Below are positions 37,663 through 50,126 of a stretch of DNA of 64,000 bases, in pieces. The notes under the pieces were generated by a model. The model was not told the origin of the DNA and did not search any database. It was given only the letters and a program-made list of their open reading frames with translations. The DNA lies in the NCBI GenBank assembly GCA_010356995.1, contig ML996699.1, positions 341,697 through 405,696 of the forward strand. The letters run 5' to 3'. This DNA comes from Trichodelitschia bisporula (taxonomy: Eukaryota). Every line of letters starts with the position of its first letter. The stretch's first letter is position 1. Both the position numbers and the translations under genes were made by a program.

Positions 37663-38118
37663 CTACTTATCAGTCGCCTTCAACCCCTCCATCAGCGCCT
37701 CACTCGTCTCAACAACCTCCTTCCCAAACTCCACCGCCTGGCCCGGCGCCTCCTGCCCCAGCAGCTCCATCTTCCCACTATTATCATGGAACAAAACATC
37801 CGCGAATACGGTCCGCTCGTTCACCTCCTCCCAGACCTTCTTCGTGCTCCGCGGCAGGCTGGCATCGATAGCCAGCGCCATCCCCAGCGTCCGCCCGCAA
37901 AAGTCCCACATGAAGTAGACGCGACTCTTCTTGTTTGCCGGCGTCATGAACGGCTGGTCGATGTTGGGCTCCATTGCCGGGTGGTAGGCAAGGGCGCGAA
38001 GGACTTTCTGTGCGCCGCTGACGAAGGTGCGGTACTGCGGGGTGGCGGCGTCGGGGATCGGCCGGTTGAGCATCGCCTCTGTGAACTCGCGGCGCGTGTT
38101 GGTGTAGGGGTCTGCCAT
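37663..38118 (-). CDS. Hypothetical fungal protein (151 aa)
   Basis: Intronless ATG-TAA ORF with strong coding codon bias; globular-looking core LAYHPAMEPN...VYFMWDFCGRT. Confidence 0.75.
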   Translation of the reverse strand: MADPYTNTRREFTEAMLNRPIPDAATPQYRTFVSGAQKVLRALAYHPAMEPNIDQPFMTPANKKSRVYFMWDFCGRTLGMALAIDASLPRSTKKVWEEVNERTVFADVLFHDNSGKMELLGQEAPGQAVEFGKEVVETSEALMEGLKATDK

Positions 38119-39483
38119 TTTAAGGGAGATGGGCTGGTGAGGTTGGGGAGGTGTGGTGTTGGGGGTGTTGTTGGGCTGAGGGTGGAAGGGGTGTGTTGGT
38201 GAGGAGGTGTGGTTTTTTTTTTTTTTGGAAGAGCTGGCGATGTGGTGTGAGGGGCAGTTTTATGGGAGAGGTTCTGGGCTGGCTTCCAGGAACGCGCTGA
38301 TCGGCGGGGTAGATGGCGGGGCTGGAGGTTTGGTTGGCTAGGTGGAGGCCAATCAGCGATAGGGCTTCATCTGATCTTTCCAGCCAAGATTGAGGACACG
38401 ACAGGATGGCGTGGATGGGTGCGAGTGCGAAGGCTTTTGATGTTCAGGACGGGATTGCGGAAGATGATCGCATCGGAGGAAGATGACCAGATGGGCGGCG
38501 ATCGATGTGCCGTGGGCCAGTGTACCGTAAGGTTAGCGGCTCCCTGCCTCGAGTTGCTGTAAGGTTACTCGTACTATCCAAGAGCCACCCAGAAACATCG
38601 CGGCCGCTACCCGCTGTGGTCTTTGCTGTGATGTGCAAAGGCCTGAGGAATAGACAGCGGGGAGGGGGCGGGGGTTGCACGACAATTTTCGGGCGGCCCT
38701 TGGTCCTGCACTGTCCCGTCGTATCCGTACGACTGCGAGTTCCGGGCCGACTCCCGAGATGTCGTCTCCCTGTGTCACCGGTGCCTGCCATCATCTTGAG
38801 GCTTAAAGATCTCACTCATCCGAGCATCGTCCGGCCCGAGTCTGACTCCTCTCATCGGCGCCGACATAACCCCTCAAATCCCAACCAAAAAGGCCTTATG
38901 ACATCACCCAACCACCGCCGCGCCCCGCGCACACCGCGCGCCTCACCAAGCGCCACACAGCCACCACCACCTCAGCATCGGCTGTATCCGACCACTCCTC
39001 CCCTTCCCCAAAACGCACAACAGGCAAACCAGCATCTCCGGTCGTTCTAGAACGGACTCAGCCGCTTTGTCACTGCGTATTGAGCTGAAAACCCCATGCC
39101 CCAGCAAGCCCATCTGCACTTCCCGCTCCATCAGTCAGCACCCCGGACCGGTGAACCCGATCACACATCCCGGCCCTGAAGCCTGACCGGCCTGACTGGA
39201 GCCCCGCATTAACCCCGCTATCCTCCATTCGGCGCGACGAGTGACCAGTCCCAGCGGGGCGCAGTGCTTGCGCGGTTCGGCCTGAGGCGCGCGCGGAGTG
39301 AGATAAGAAGGCGCGAGTCGCTGTCGCATCGCAGTCAGAGGCAGGCACGATTACCCCGCTATTCGAACCATCTTGAATATTGCTCAACCCCTCAGTCCTA
39401 CACTTAACATTTGCGCACATCACAAACCCTTCATCGCGAAAGCACCCACACATCCCGTACAAAGCACTTCCACATTCCGCACA

Positions 39484-40182
39484 ATGAGCAGCTACGACGC
39501 GCCCTACCCCTCCCACGGCGGCGGCGGTGGCGGTTACGACCAGCAATACGCCCCGCCCACCGCCTACGCCCCCAGCACCACCAGCTACGACACCTACCAA
39601 CCGCCGCAAAACGACGCGCTCATCCCCACCCCGCGCCACCACCACGAGCGCAGCCACTCGCGCCACTCACACTCCCGCCACCGCGACCACTCCTCCAGCC
39701 GCCATCGCGACGCCTCCGCCTACTCGGGCTCCGACGAGCAAGGGGACGAAGACCGTCCGCGCCGCCGGCACCGGCACCGGCACCACAGCCGCGACACGCG
39801 TCGCGACGACGATGCCTCAACCGAAGACGGGGAGCGCGGGGAGCGCGGGTTGACGAGCTTGTTTGGCAGGCGGAGCCGGAGTCAGAGTCGGGGGAGCAGG
39901 GGGAGTGAGGGTGAGAGGGGGCATGGGCATGGGAAGCATGCTGATGCTGCCAAGTGGGGGGCTACGATTGCCGGTGCCGCGGTAGGTGGATTGGCGGGCC
40001 GGACGGCGAAGAAGGATAATTGGGTGCCGGCGGCGATTGGGGCTGTTGTTGGTGGGCTTGTGGCACGCGAGGCGGAGAAGGGATGGGAGAAGAGGAGGGA
40101 TCGGAAGAGGGGGGAGAGGGAGTGGGAGGGGGATAGGAGTCGGAGTCGGAGTCGGAGTCGCGGGGAGAGGAGGGAGTGGTAG
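39484..40182 (+). CDS. Glycine-zipper 2TM protein with His/Arg/Ser-rich disordered regions
   Basis: ATG 39484; WGATIAGAAVGGLAG...AAIGAVVGGLVA; RSRSRSR tail. Confidence 0.75.
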   Translation: MSSYDAPYPSHGGGGGGYDQQYAPPTAYAPSTTSYDTYQPPQNDALIPTPRHHHERSHSRHSHSRHRDHSSSRHRDASAYSGSDEQGDEDRPRRRHRHRHHSRDTRRDDDASTEDGERGERGLTSLFGRRSRSQSRGSRGSEGERGHGHGKHADAAKWGATIAGAAVGGLAGRTAKKDNWVPAAIGAVVGGLVAREAEKGWEKRRDRKRGEREWEGDRSRSRSRSRGERREW

Positions 40183-40663
40183 TGGTAGTTGTGTGGGTTT
40201 GATGCTTGGTGCTTGATATCCTGTAGTGCGAGTAGCCTTCGGCTTTTTCTCTCAATGACATGATTGTGCTTGTATTCATTTGTATATGACTAGACGAGAA
40301 ATATGCCTTTGAACCGTGTCAGGACAGTTTGATATGCTAGAAAGATCATCGTAGCCCGTATCGGATGAACGTCGGGGCCGTCTCAAAGTTTCAACAGACA
40401 CAAGATGAATGAAAGGATTGCCTCAGCTAAGATCAGACGAAGGTAAAAAGAATGTCTGAAAACTGGTCAGGCAAAAGAACAAGACTCGTCCCGGCGCTGT
40501 TGGGACGAGCGTTCACGAAGCCGTTTCAACATCACCAAACCGACATCCAGTACTCCAGACAGTAACAACCTCTCCATGGCTTTCCCCACACGCAGCATTA
40601 ACTTCACCCATCTGATGTCGAAGAAGGTATCCCTCCTCACAACCCGTAAAACAGCAAAAACAG

Positions 40664-40734
40664 TGCGCCGGCCGAGAATCGAACTCGGACCTCAGCCTTG
40701 GGAAGGCTAAATTCTACCCTTAAACTACCGGCGC
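40664..40734 (-). tRNA. tRNA-Gly(CCC), intronless
   Basis: GCGCCGG acceptor, TAGCC-TTCCCAA-GGCTG anticodon arm, CCGAG-TTCGATT-CTCGG T arm; T5 terminator at 40656-40660. Confidence 0.95.
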
Positions 40735-41817
40735 TGAACAAGCCAGCTATACTGGGATTAGATGATGGGACGTGGTAGATTTCAAAATATGTTCTGGGCA
40801 AATGTGAGACGGTGGGGCTGGGTGTGGTGTCGGGACCTCGGCTTAGGCTTCGACGACGGGTTAGGGTTTCGGGAAGGGGTACCGTAGTCGGAGGAATGAG
40901 CGGTTGGCCGTGTTTTGGGACATGGGTTAGTTCTACGGTACAGGGGTGGTAAGGTTTGGCGGTGGTGGATCATTTGGACTCGGCTCGACGAGCCGCGACT
41001 ATCTCCTTGGGCAATCTTCGAGTACAGGCACTAGTTCTAGTTTCCCTACATGTAGGATATGCAAACGGAAGTTCGTGCAAAATGTTTCAAAGACTGGATA
41101 TAAGGGAGTGGATGCATGTCACAGGGCACGTGGCTGCGAAAGCTCCTGGAATCGCGCAAAGGTGACGGGGGAATGCACAAACGCCACCACCAGGCCGTGA
41201 TTCAGCCTTGCGACGATACCAGCCTCGACCTCACCTGGCAACCCACACTTTATGTAAAGGGATGACAAAGCCCAGAACCGGCACCTCTCCCTCACAGGCC
41301 GATATTACGCATAAACACCATCGAGCACCACTCTCTCCGGCACCCAAAATAACCCTTCGTCCAAGCCGATCCTCAACCTCAAACGCCACACGTCAGACCA
41401 GGCTCACGGCACCGCCAGTCCAAAAAGCGCAACCCACCCATCCCTCCGCTCTGCAAGCAGCCAAAAAGGCGTCGCCTACTCTCCAAATTCGCCGCTATAT
41501 CTCTCAATCTCCCCCTCGCCACGCGTCATCGCCGTATTATAAAGCTCACGGACCAAATTAATCCACGCACCTAATATCCAAGCTCCAACTCCGCCAACCG
41601 ATCCACCAATCGCCCCCTTCCCCACCCGTGCCCACCAACCCCACAAATTACCTCCCGCACCGGCGCTCTGCCACCTCCACACCACGCCACCGCGCCTCTA
41701 ATTCCCCATCTCTCCTCGCCGCAGCTTGGCCGCTGAGGAGTGAACCGCCGACGACACACTTAACCACATGCCGACGTCCCACCTCAGTCCGCAGGCCATG
41801 CCCTCCCAGCGACCACG

Positions 41818-43928
41818 ATGCGTCTCCTTCACCCCCTCCTCCTCGCTCTCTCCTTCTCCCTCGAGACCACCGCCCAACGCTGCTGGCGCCAGCTAACCTG
41901 CACCGGCCCCTCAGCTCCCTCCTTCCCCGGCCCCTGGGACGTGCAAAATTTCGCTCCCGCCTCGCGCACCCTCCAGCCCAAGCGCATCCTTTCCCTCCCC
42001 GCCGGCGCGCTCCTTTCCCAATACCCGGGCCCCGCCCCCCTATCACGCAACGGCTCCGCCCTCGTCTTCGACTTCGGCCTGCTCGTCGGCGGCCTCATAA
42101 CCCTAACCTACACGTCCACCGGCCCGGGCCGCATCGGGCTCGCCTTCAGCGAAGCGCGGGACTACATCGGCGAATGGAGCGACGCGTCGAACGGGCGCTT
42201 TCGCGGGCCCGATGGCGCGGTGTACGGAACTGTAAATGGCGGAGGGAGGGGGCGGTATGTCATGCCTGACTGGGCGCTCAGGGGGGGATTTCGGTATTTG
42301 ACTGTGTTTTGGACGACGGGGGCGGGGGCGAGGTTGGAAGTGCAGGATGTGGAGCTGGAGATCGCGTTTCAGCCTACATGGGCGGATTTGAGGGCGTATC
42401 AGGGGTACTTCCACTGCTCGGATCGGATGTTGAATAGGATCTGGTACGCCGGGGCGTACACGCTGCAGACGAATGCCGTGCCTACAAACACCGGGAGGAT
42501 GGTTCCGATGCTCAACCGCGGGTGGGCGAATAACGCGACGCTCGGGCCCGGAGATAGTATTATCGTGGATGGAGCGAAGAGGGACCGCGCCGTGTGGCCG
42601 GGGGACATGGGCGTTGCGGTGCCGGCTAGTTTTGTGTCCACTGGGGATTTGGAGAGCGTGCGCAATGCGCTGCAGGTTATGTTCGATTATCAGAACAAGG
42701 ATGGGAGTTTTCCGGAGGCGGGGCCGCCGCTGCTGCAGCAGAATTCGGATAGTGAGTTCCCTTGGGTTTCCTGGGTTGATGAGGTCTTTGCTGATGGCGT
42801 AGCGTATCACATGTGGACGCTCATCGGCACGTATAACTACATGCTGTACACGGACGACACTGCCTTCTTAGATAAGAACTGGGCCAAATTCCAGCGCGCG
42901 GTCGCGTATATCGCGGATAAAGTCGAGGACGGCCTACTTCACGTCAGCGGGACGCGCGACTGGGCGCGCTGGGGGCAGGGCGGCCCGAATGCGGAGGCGA
43001 ATATGATGTACGTTCCCCCTTCCACACTCACCATCCTTCTAACACCCCCAGCCTGTACCACACCCTCACAACCGCCGCCCTTGTCGCGACCTGGACGTCC
43101 CGCGCCCCGCCCTCCCTGGCACAATCTTACACCGTGCAGGCCAGCGCCCTGCGCACCGCGATCAACGCCCAGCTCTACGACCCCCCCTTCAATAGCTTCA
43201 AAGACAACACAACCCGCACAGCACTGCACCCCCAAGACGCCAACGCCCTTGCCATCCTCTTCAACATCACCTCCGGGCCCCGCAGCGCCGGCATCTCAAC
43301 CTCCCTAACCAAGAATTGGACGCCTATCGGCCCCTCACCCCCCGAGTTACCAGGAAACATCTCGCCCTTCATAACCTCCTTCGAACTCGCCGCGCACTTC
43401 TCCATCAACCAAACAGCCCGCGCGCTCGACCTCCTCCGAAGAACATGGGGCTGGTACATCGACCACCCAAACGGGACGCAAAGCACGCTGATCGAAGGGT
43501 ATCGCACGGATGGGAGCTGGGGCTATCGCCGCGAGCGCGGCTACAAAGACGAGTCGTACGTCTCGCACGCGCACGGGTGGTCCGCAGGACCAACCAGCGC
43601 GCTCACGCATTACATCGCGGGGCTAGACGTTATTGAGCGGCTGGGGCGGCGGTGGAGCGTGCGCCCGCAGTTTGGAGACCTGCGTTTTGCGGAGGCAGGG
43701 TTTGTGACGCGGCTTGGCAAGTTTAGGACGGGGTGGAGGAAGGTGGAGGGGGGGTATGATGTAGAGATTGAGACGCCGGTGGGGACGGAGGGGGATGTTG
43801 TGCTTCCGGTGCTGAGCGCGGGGGTCATGCCGACGGTAATGGTGAATGGGGCGGCGGCGAGGGCGAGGCTGGCGGCGGGGGTGGAGATGGTGCTACCTGG
43901 GGGACGGTACAACATCACTGTACGATAG
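41818..43928 (+). CDS. Secreted alpha-L-rhamnosidase, glycoside hydrolase family 78
   Basis: Signal peptide; LRGGFRY, DGAKRDRAVWPGD, SHAHGWSAGPT motifs; introns 42752-42802 and 43008-43051. Confidence 0.92.
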
Positions 43929-43999
43929 GGCCTGTACATAAACTTGTGCGTGCGTGTAAATATTGACAGCGGCTCGAAGCCTCACCTAATACTCCAAAT

Positions 44000-45712
44000 C
44001 TAGTCATCTCCCTTTTCGGGAATCGGGATGTCGTCAGCGTCGTCCAGATGGGCCCGGAGACCGCTCTTCCCCACATTCATCGCCCGATCGAGCTCCATCT
44101 CCTCCTCTCTGAGCCTGCCACGTCCGTACGCGAGGTCCTTCTGCTGTTTGCGTTTCGCCTCCTGGACGCGCCGCTCCCGTTCCGCCAATGCCTTTTCCCG
44201 GCGCTCGCGCTCCCTGCGCTGGGCCACGAGTTCCGCTTCCTGTTCCGCCGACAGCGGGGCCTCCGGTGGGGGCGGCAGTGTCGAGATGTAAGCTTCGATA
44301 AGCGGGTCGCGGTCCCTTGGAGAAAGCGAAATGTAGCGCAAATCCGTCAGAATTGAGGGCGGAAGGGAAGCAATAGACGTCGAGCGGTTCAGCGCCGACA
44401 ACGGCGTGCCCTTGAGCAGTGCCGTCAGATCGGCCTTGAGCGTCGAATGCGCCATCTGCAGCCGCTTGACGTGCTCGCGGTACCACTTCTCGCGGTCCTT
44501 GTCCGTGACCTTCGCGTCGCGCATGGCGGGCTCCTTGCGGTACTTGCGCTTGAATTCGGGCCAGTAGAGCTTTGGCGTGGCCTTTTCTTGCAGGAAGGCG
44601 AAGTAGGGGATCTTAGGGTCCTGCTTTTCCTGCTTCTTGCGCTGTTCCTGGAGTTGGTGGATCCGCTCGCGCGACCATTCGTCCCAGAACTCGCGGCGAG
44701 ACCGCATGTTCGGCAGGGCGAGATAGCGGTCGTCTTCGATGATGCGACCTTCTTCGACGATCTGGTCCCATGTCTTGTAGGGGTTGGTGACGAAATCCTC
44801 TAGTAAGTCGCGGAACAGGGCCTTGGAGTCGTCTTCTGTCAGTGGTATGCCCTCGGCGCCCTCCTCCATTTCCTCGTCGCCGAAACCGTACTCCCCGCTT
44901 TCCAGGCCATATTCCTCTCCCATGGCCTGCAGCTGGTAGGCAATATCGTCCTCGTCGAACTCCACGTCCACATCTTCAGGGGGCTCCTCAGTGCGCAGGC
45001 GCTTCGACGGGCCGTCCTCCCCCTCGCTATCCGTAACCTCAACCTCAACCTCCTCATACTCATCGCTTGATCCGCCCGCCTCATCCGGCTTGCTCGGCCC
45101 CTCAACCGTAGCAACCGGCTTTTCCTCCGGCTCGGCCGGCCCCTTCCCAGCCTTCTTCCTGGCCTCTGCTATGTCAAACTCAAGCACACCCTTCAGTACA
45201 TCCTCCGGAATCTTCCAAAAACTCTCTCCCGTTTCCGTATTATGTACGAACCGCCGACCGAGCTTCGTCTTGACTAACACCCAGGCGTCGAACCCAGGAA
45301 TGACATACTTGTGTTTCGGCCGGTCGGCCGGCTCCCGCCGTCGATCTTGATACCCATGACCGCCGCGGAAGCTTGCGTGCCCGCCTCGTGCTGACGATTC
45401 GGAGCCCTGGAACTGGCCTGCGTTGAATCCGCCCGCGAAGGCGCCGGAGGCGTAGCTTGGGATGGGGGCTTCCTGTTGCAGGAAGTGCGGTTCGATTATG
45501 GGGCGTTTGTAGGTCGATTGCTTGGTCTCAGCGTGATAGTAGTAGGTGTGGCCTGCTCTGTTAGCTATGCCGAGACGTGCAGCAGGCGGCATACCGGCGG
45601 GCGCCTTGTGCTCCGTCCATCCCGGTGGCAGCGGCGGAAGCGCAGGCGCTGCAGACGTGGATGGTGCAGGCTCTGCAGGTTTCTGATTGAGGTGATATGT
45701 AGACTTCAACAT
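44000..45712 (-). CDS. WW + FF domain splicing/elongation factor (Dre4/Urn1/TCERG1-like)
   Basis: WW domain [30 protein letters not shown] after removing a short in-frame intron; second WW-like motif; FF domain FRDLLEDF...RREFWDEW. Confidence 0.85.
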   Translation of the reverse strand: [570 protein letters not shown]

Positions 45713-45836
45713 ATCGGCGTGTGTGCTAGTCAGTAACAAGTGGTGGTAGATCAGACGCGCAGATCAAAAGAAGTCGCCAAAACCGAGATGATGTTGGATG
45801 CGGAGGCTTGGCGCGGCGTCGACCTTCTTACGCGTT

Positions 45837-45842
45837 GGAGCT
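45837..45842 (+). promoter_or_regulatory. GGAGCT, Pezizomycotina-type proteasome (Rpn4) element
   Basis: GGAGCT ~100 bp upstream of the PRE9 ATG, with GGAAGCT nearby; the motif is short, so chance occurrence is possible. Confidence 0.35.
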
Positions 45843-45940
45843 TGCCTAGCTGGAAGCTCACAACGCCGCATCACCACCACCCCCTCCAAAACCACCCACA
45901 CCCATCCATCTCACTTGTCTAACCCGTCTACGCCGCAATA

Positions 45941-46835
45941 ATGTCAAGACGCTACGATTCCCGCGTATGTCCATCGCCCGTCTCACCGCCCGCTAGCTAA
46001 CGCCCTCCCAGACAACCATCTTCTCGCCCGAAGGGCGCCTGTACCAGGTCGAGTACGCCCTAGAGGCCATTTCGCACGCCGGCACCGCGCTCGGCATCCT
46101 CGCGCAGGACGGAATCGTGCTGGCAGCCGAGCGCAAGGTGACGAGCAAGTTGCTGGAGCAGGACACGTCGGCGGAGAAGCTGTACATTCTGAACGAGTGC
46201 GTCCCCGCCCCCCGCCCCAACAAATATCTAACCGCCCAGCAACATGATCTGCGCCGTTGCGGGCATGACCGCCGATGCCAACATCCTGATCAACTACGCG
46301 CGCCAGGCGGCGCAGCGCTACCTGCTGACGTACAACGAGGATATTCCGTGCGAGCAGCTGGTGCGGCGGCTGTGCGATCTGAAGCAGGGGTACACGCAGC
46401 ACGGTGGGCTGCGGCCGTTTGGTGTTAGCTTCATCTATGCGGGGTATGATCCGCAGCGGCAGTTCCAGCTGTACCAGAGCAACCCGAGTGGCAACTATGG
46501 CGGGTGGAAGGCGACGAGCGTGGGGGCGAATAACACGAGTGCGCAGTCGCTGCTGAAGCAGGACTACAAGGAGGAGTGTGATCTGAAGGAGGCGTGTGGG
46601 CTGGCGGTCAAGGTGTTGAGCAAGACGATGGACTCGACGAAGCTGAGCAGCGAGAAGAGTGAGTGGCTTGTCGCGAGATGGGGCTCGGCTAATGTGTGCA
46701 GTCGAGTTTGCTACGGTCGGCAAGACCAAGTCTGGCGAGGTTTACCACCATCTATGGAGTGCTGAGGAAATCGACGCGTTGCTCAAGGAGCATGGGCTAG
46801 CGAAGCCCGAGGACACGGACAATGCGGAGAGCTAG
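45941..46835 (+). CDS. PRE9: 20S proteasome subunit alpha-3
   Basis: [49 protein letters not shown]; three introns. Confidence 0.96.
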
Positions 46836-48595
46836 GGTGGTGCGATGGGGTACCTTAGGCGGCGCTCTCGGAATATGACATAGATACTTGGGTTATGACT
46901 TCAGCGTGATGGCAGTGTTCGATGTAGGGTGGAGCAGTCAATGAGGAGCTTTCGTTGCATCACGGAGCGAGGCGTCACAACAGGCACATGTCAGGCCATT
47001 GACATGCCGCCCCTCAATGAATACGATAAATACCAGTCTATCCTACGACCAAGCATAAACAACCCCTGTTCTCACGGCACCCAAGCTGAATATGCCGGCG
47101 GCGACGTCCTCTCGAAGACGATGTACATGCCCTTGAATTGGTTCCACAGGTATTGCTTCATGTAGAGGGGAGTGATAACCTCGCCACGTGCTTGGGCGGT
47201 AAGCTTCGCTGCAGCGGTGACGAAGTAGCGGTTGCTCTCTATGGTGACGAAAGGATCGAACTTGAGAAAGAGAGTTTGGTCTAGCCGTCAATGGGTTGTC
47301 GTCGTAAGACTTATGACGGAACCCACTGTTGTCCAACCACCTACAGAGTCGATGCATCTCCATAATCCGCAGGGTTCCTCCCTTGTACACGAGCACAGGT
47401 CTATGGCTGTGGTGGTTGACGCCGGTCGTCGCGGAGCGGCAGTTCCATGGTGGGCGAGAGTGGCATGTGCAGAGGGTTTGCCAAATTTGCAAGAGGCGTC
47501 GCAGGGCGGATGGAGACATCAGGTCGGTGTGCGATGGTGAGGATAAAGGGAGCTCTTAGGACCGATGCGCGGAGGTTTCATTCCGATTGCTTGCAGGAGA
47601 TCGTGTCGTGGTCATCGGACAGCTGGAGTAGAACGTCTTGTTGCCCCTCTGCACCAAGCACCCGTCCGTACCTGCTTCGGCGGGGCGAAGTACACGCTGT
47701 ATATGCCTTCCATCCAGTATCAACGCCTTGCCCCAAAGCCAGGGCATTCGCGGATATCCGCACAATCCGAACGTCCAACCTCCACGGTTCTCCACACTCC
47801 ACTCAATCTTTGAATCGGGTCTTATCCTCCAGTCAAATATTTCATAGATATCCGTTAGGTAATTGCCTCTCCCAAGGAAAGTGTCCTTCGTCATTTCCTA
47901 GGACTGAGCAACCCTCTTTCCGATCACTCACGGCTTCTTTACGGGTACGATACATCCAAAGGCCGCTGGACATCTGACTGCCTCTTTCAGCACATGTCTA
48001 GACAAAAGAACGTCAAGAACCCAAAGGTGAAGTCCAGGACTGGATTCTAGCTACGAGCTTCTCGCCGACAGACAGCTGGTCTTGCGTCGTCCAGGGAGCT
48101 GAAGTCGCGGGAGCCGACGGGCCGAAAAAGGCGTTGCCGAATTGGAGTCACTAGGCCGCTTCGGCTCCGGCGCAAGAAAGCAGGCCGTTACCGCTTGACG
48201 CGTTCGAACAGCGCCAATGCCGACGTAGTTACTCCAGTCGTTCATGCTATCGACAGCTCCAAGATACTTTCAACATGACGCAATGCCCTTCATTCAAGCT
48301 CTGAACTTGCTCCAAATTCCTGCACAACCACCCTCACTAAAAAGAGCAATCCCCGCGCCACACCCTCCCGAAGCGGAAAAAGGGGCGGCACCGCGCATGC
48401 TAACTGGCCAACAAAATCCAACACAATCCCAAAGCAGCAAACCCAGCAAAAGCAATAAAAACTCCGTAACGTGATCCCAGCGACTCGGAAGTACTCCGAA
48501 AAGAAAAGCCCCCGTCGACTACATACGTACTCTCGCTCGTCAATTAGCCTCCGGAACTCAAAAGGCGTGTTTTCTCGACGCCTGAAATTCCGGCC

Positions 48596-50126
48596 ATGCC
48601 TTCCTCGCCCTTCGTCGTTGACCCGAACTTGACCCGGCCTGATAACCTCGTGCTACGCTCGCTGATCCGCGACGTTGAGCGTGGCTCACCTAAGCTGCGG
48701 ACAGGGGGGAGCCTGGCTGCGTCGAATTTCACTTCACGACTTGCGGGGGAGGGCAGCGAGGCCGAGAGTGACGCGAGTGGGCGTGCGCGACCCAATGGGA
48801 AGGAAAACTCGCGGAAGCGCTTAGGAAGGGATGCGCGTAGGTCTAGAGCTCCCCAGATGTCCAATTTTCCCTCTGCGCGACCGCCTACTAACTTCCAAAA
48901 GCTGCGGAAACCGGCGATGAGGCTGCAGCTCAGCTCCCCGACGACAATACCATCCTCGCACACCTCGCCGCTATCAACAATCCCAAGGATCCCGCCTTCG
49001 AGCCCACCGTCATCGTCTCCAAAGACCTGCCCTTAACCGCAAACCCCATCATCGACACATGGCTTCTACAGCCGTACATCGCCTGGGCGCGCCGCGTCGT
49101 ACGCGTCCAAACCGACGTCGTGATGCTAACCCACCTCCTCCTCTACTTCAGCACCTCCGTCCCCAGCGCCATCCTCCTCTTCCTCCACTTCTCCTACCCG
49201 CACGCCGTCATCCACTTCGTCATGCAAATGTACTACGTCGGGACATACACGCTCATGATGCACCAACACATCCACATGCGCGGCATCCTCGCGCCGCAAT
49301 ACCGGCTCTTCGACACCATTTTCCCGTACATCACCGATCCGCTCATGGGCCACACTTGGAACTCGTACTTCTACCACCACGTGAAGCACCACCACGTCGA
49401 GGGGAACGGGCCCGCAGACTTATCGTCTACGCTGCGGTACCAGCGCGACTCGGCTCGCGACTTCCTGCGGTATTTTGGACGGTTCCTGTTATTCGTCTGG
49501 CTGGAGCTGCCGCGTTACTTCCTGCGCAAGGGCAAGCCCGGGCTCGCGGTGCGCACGTTTTGCTGGGAGGTCTCGTCGTACATCATGATCGCTCTGGCGG
49601 CAGGGGTGAATCTGCGTGCCGCTGTTGCAGTACTTATGTTGCCGCTTTTCTTCATGCGGATCGGCTTGATGGTCGGGAATTGGGGGCAGCATGCTCTGGT
49701 GGATGAAGAGGAGCCGGACTCGGATTATCGGAGCAGTATCACGCTCATTGACGTTGCGGTGCGTTGTGTATCCCCCATTTTTGCTGCCCCATGCTGATGT
49801 TTTAGTCGAATCGCTTCTGCTACAACGACGGGTATCACACGTCCCACCACCTCAACCCGCTTCGCCACTGGCGTGACCATCCGTCTGCGTTCCTTAAGGG
49901 GAAGGCTACATATGCGGAGCAGCATGCGCTGGTGTTTCATGATATCGACTACATCATGCTGACGGTGCGGCTGTTGACGAAGAACTACACGGCGCTGGCA
50001 AGGTGTCTTGTGCCTATTGGCGAGGCGCAGATACGGCTGAGCTTGGAGGAGAGGGCGGAGATGCTAAGACGCAAGACGCGGAGGTTTAGTGAGGAGGAGA
50101 TTAAGGCGCGGTTTGCGAAGGCGTGA
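48596..50126 (+). CDS. Membrane fatty-acid-desaturase-superfamily protein of unknown specificity
   Basis: Histidine boxes HQHIH, HHVKHHH, GYHTSHH and NWGQH; probable introns 48837-48901 and 49759-49805. Confidence 0.85.

Noticed and set aside
47830..47980. Possible third long fold-back (CAGTCA/TGACTG, AGGAAA/TTTCCT)
   Set aside because: Requires large asymmetric gaps; much weaker than the two reported hairpins.
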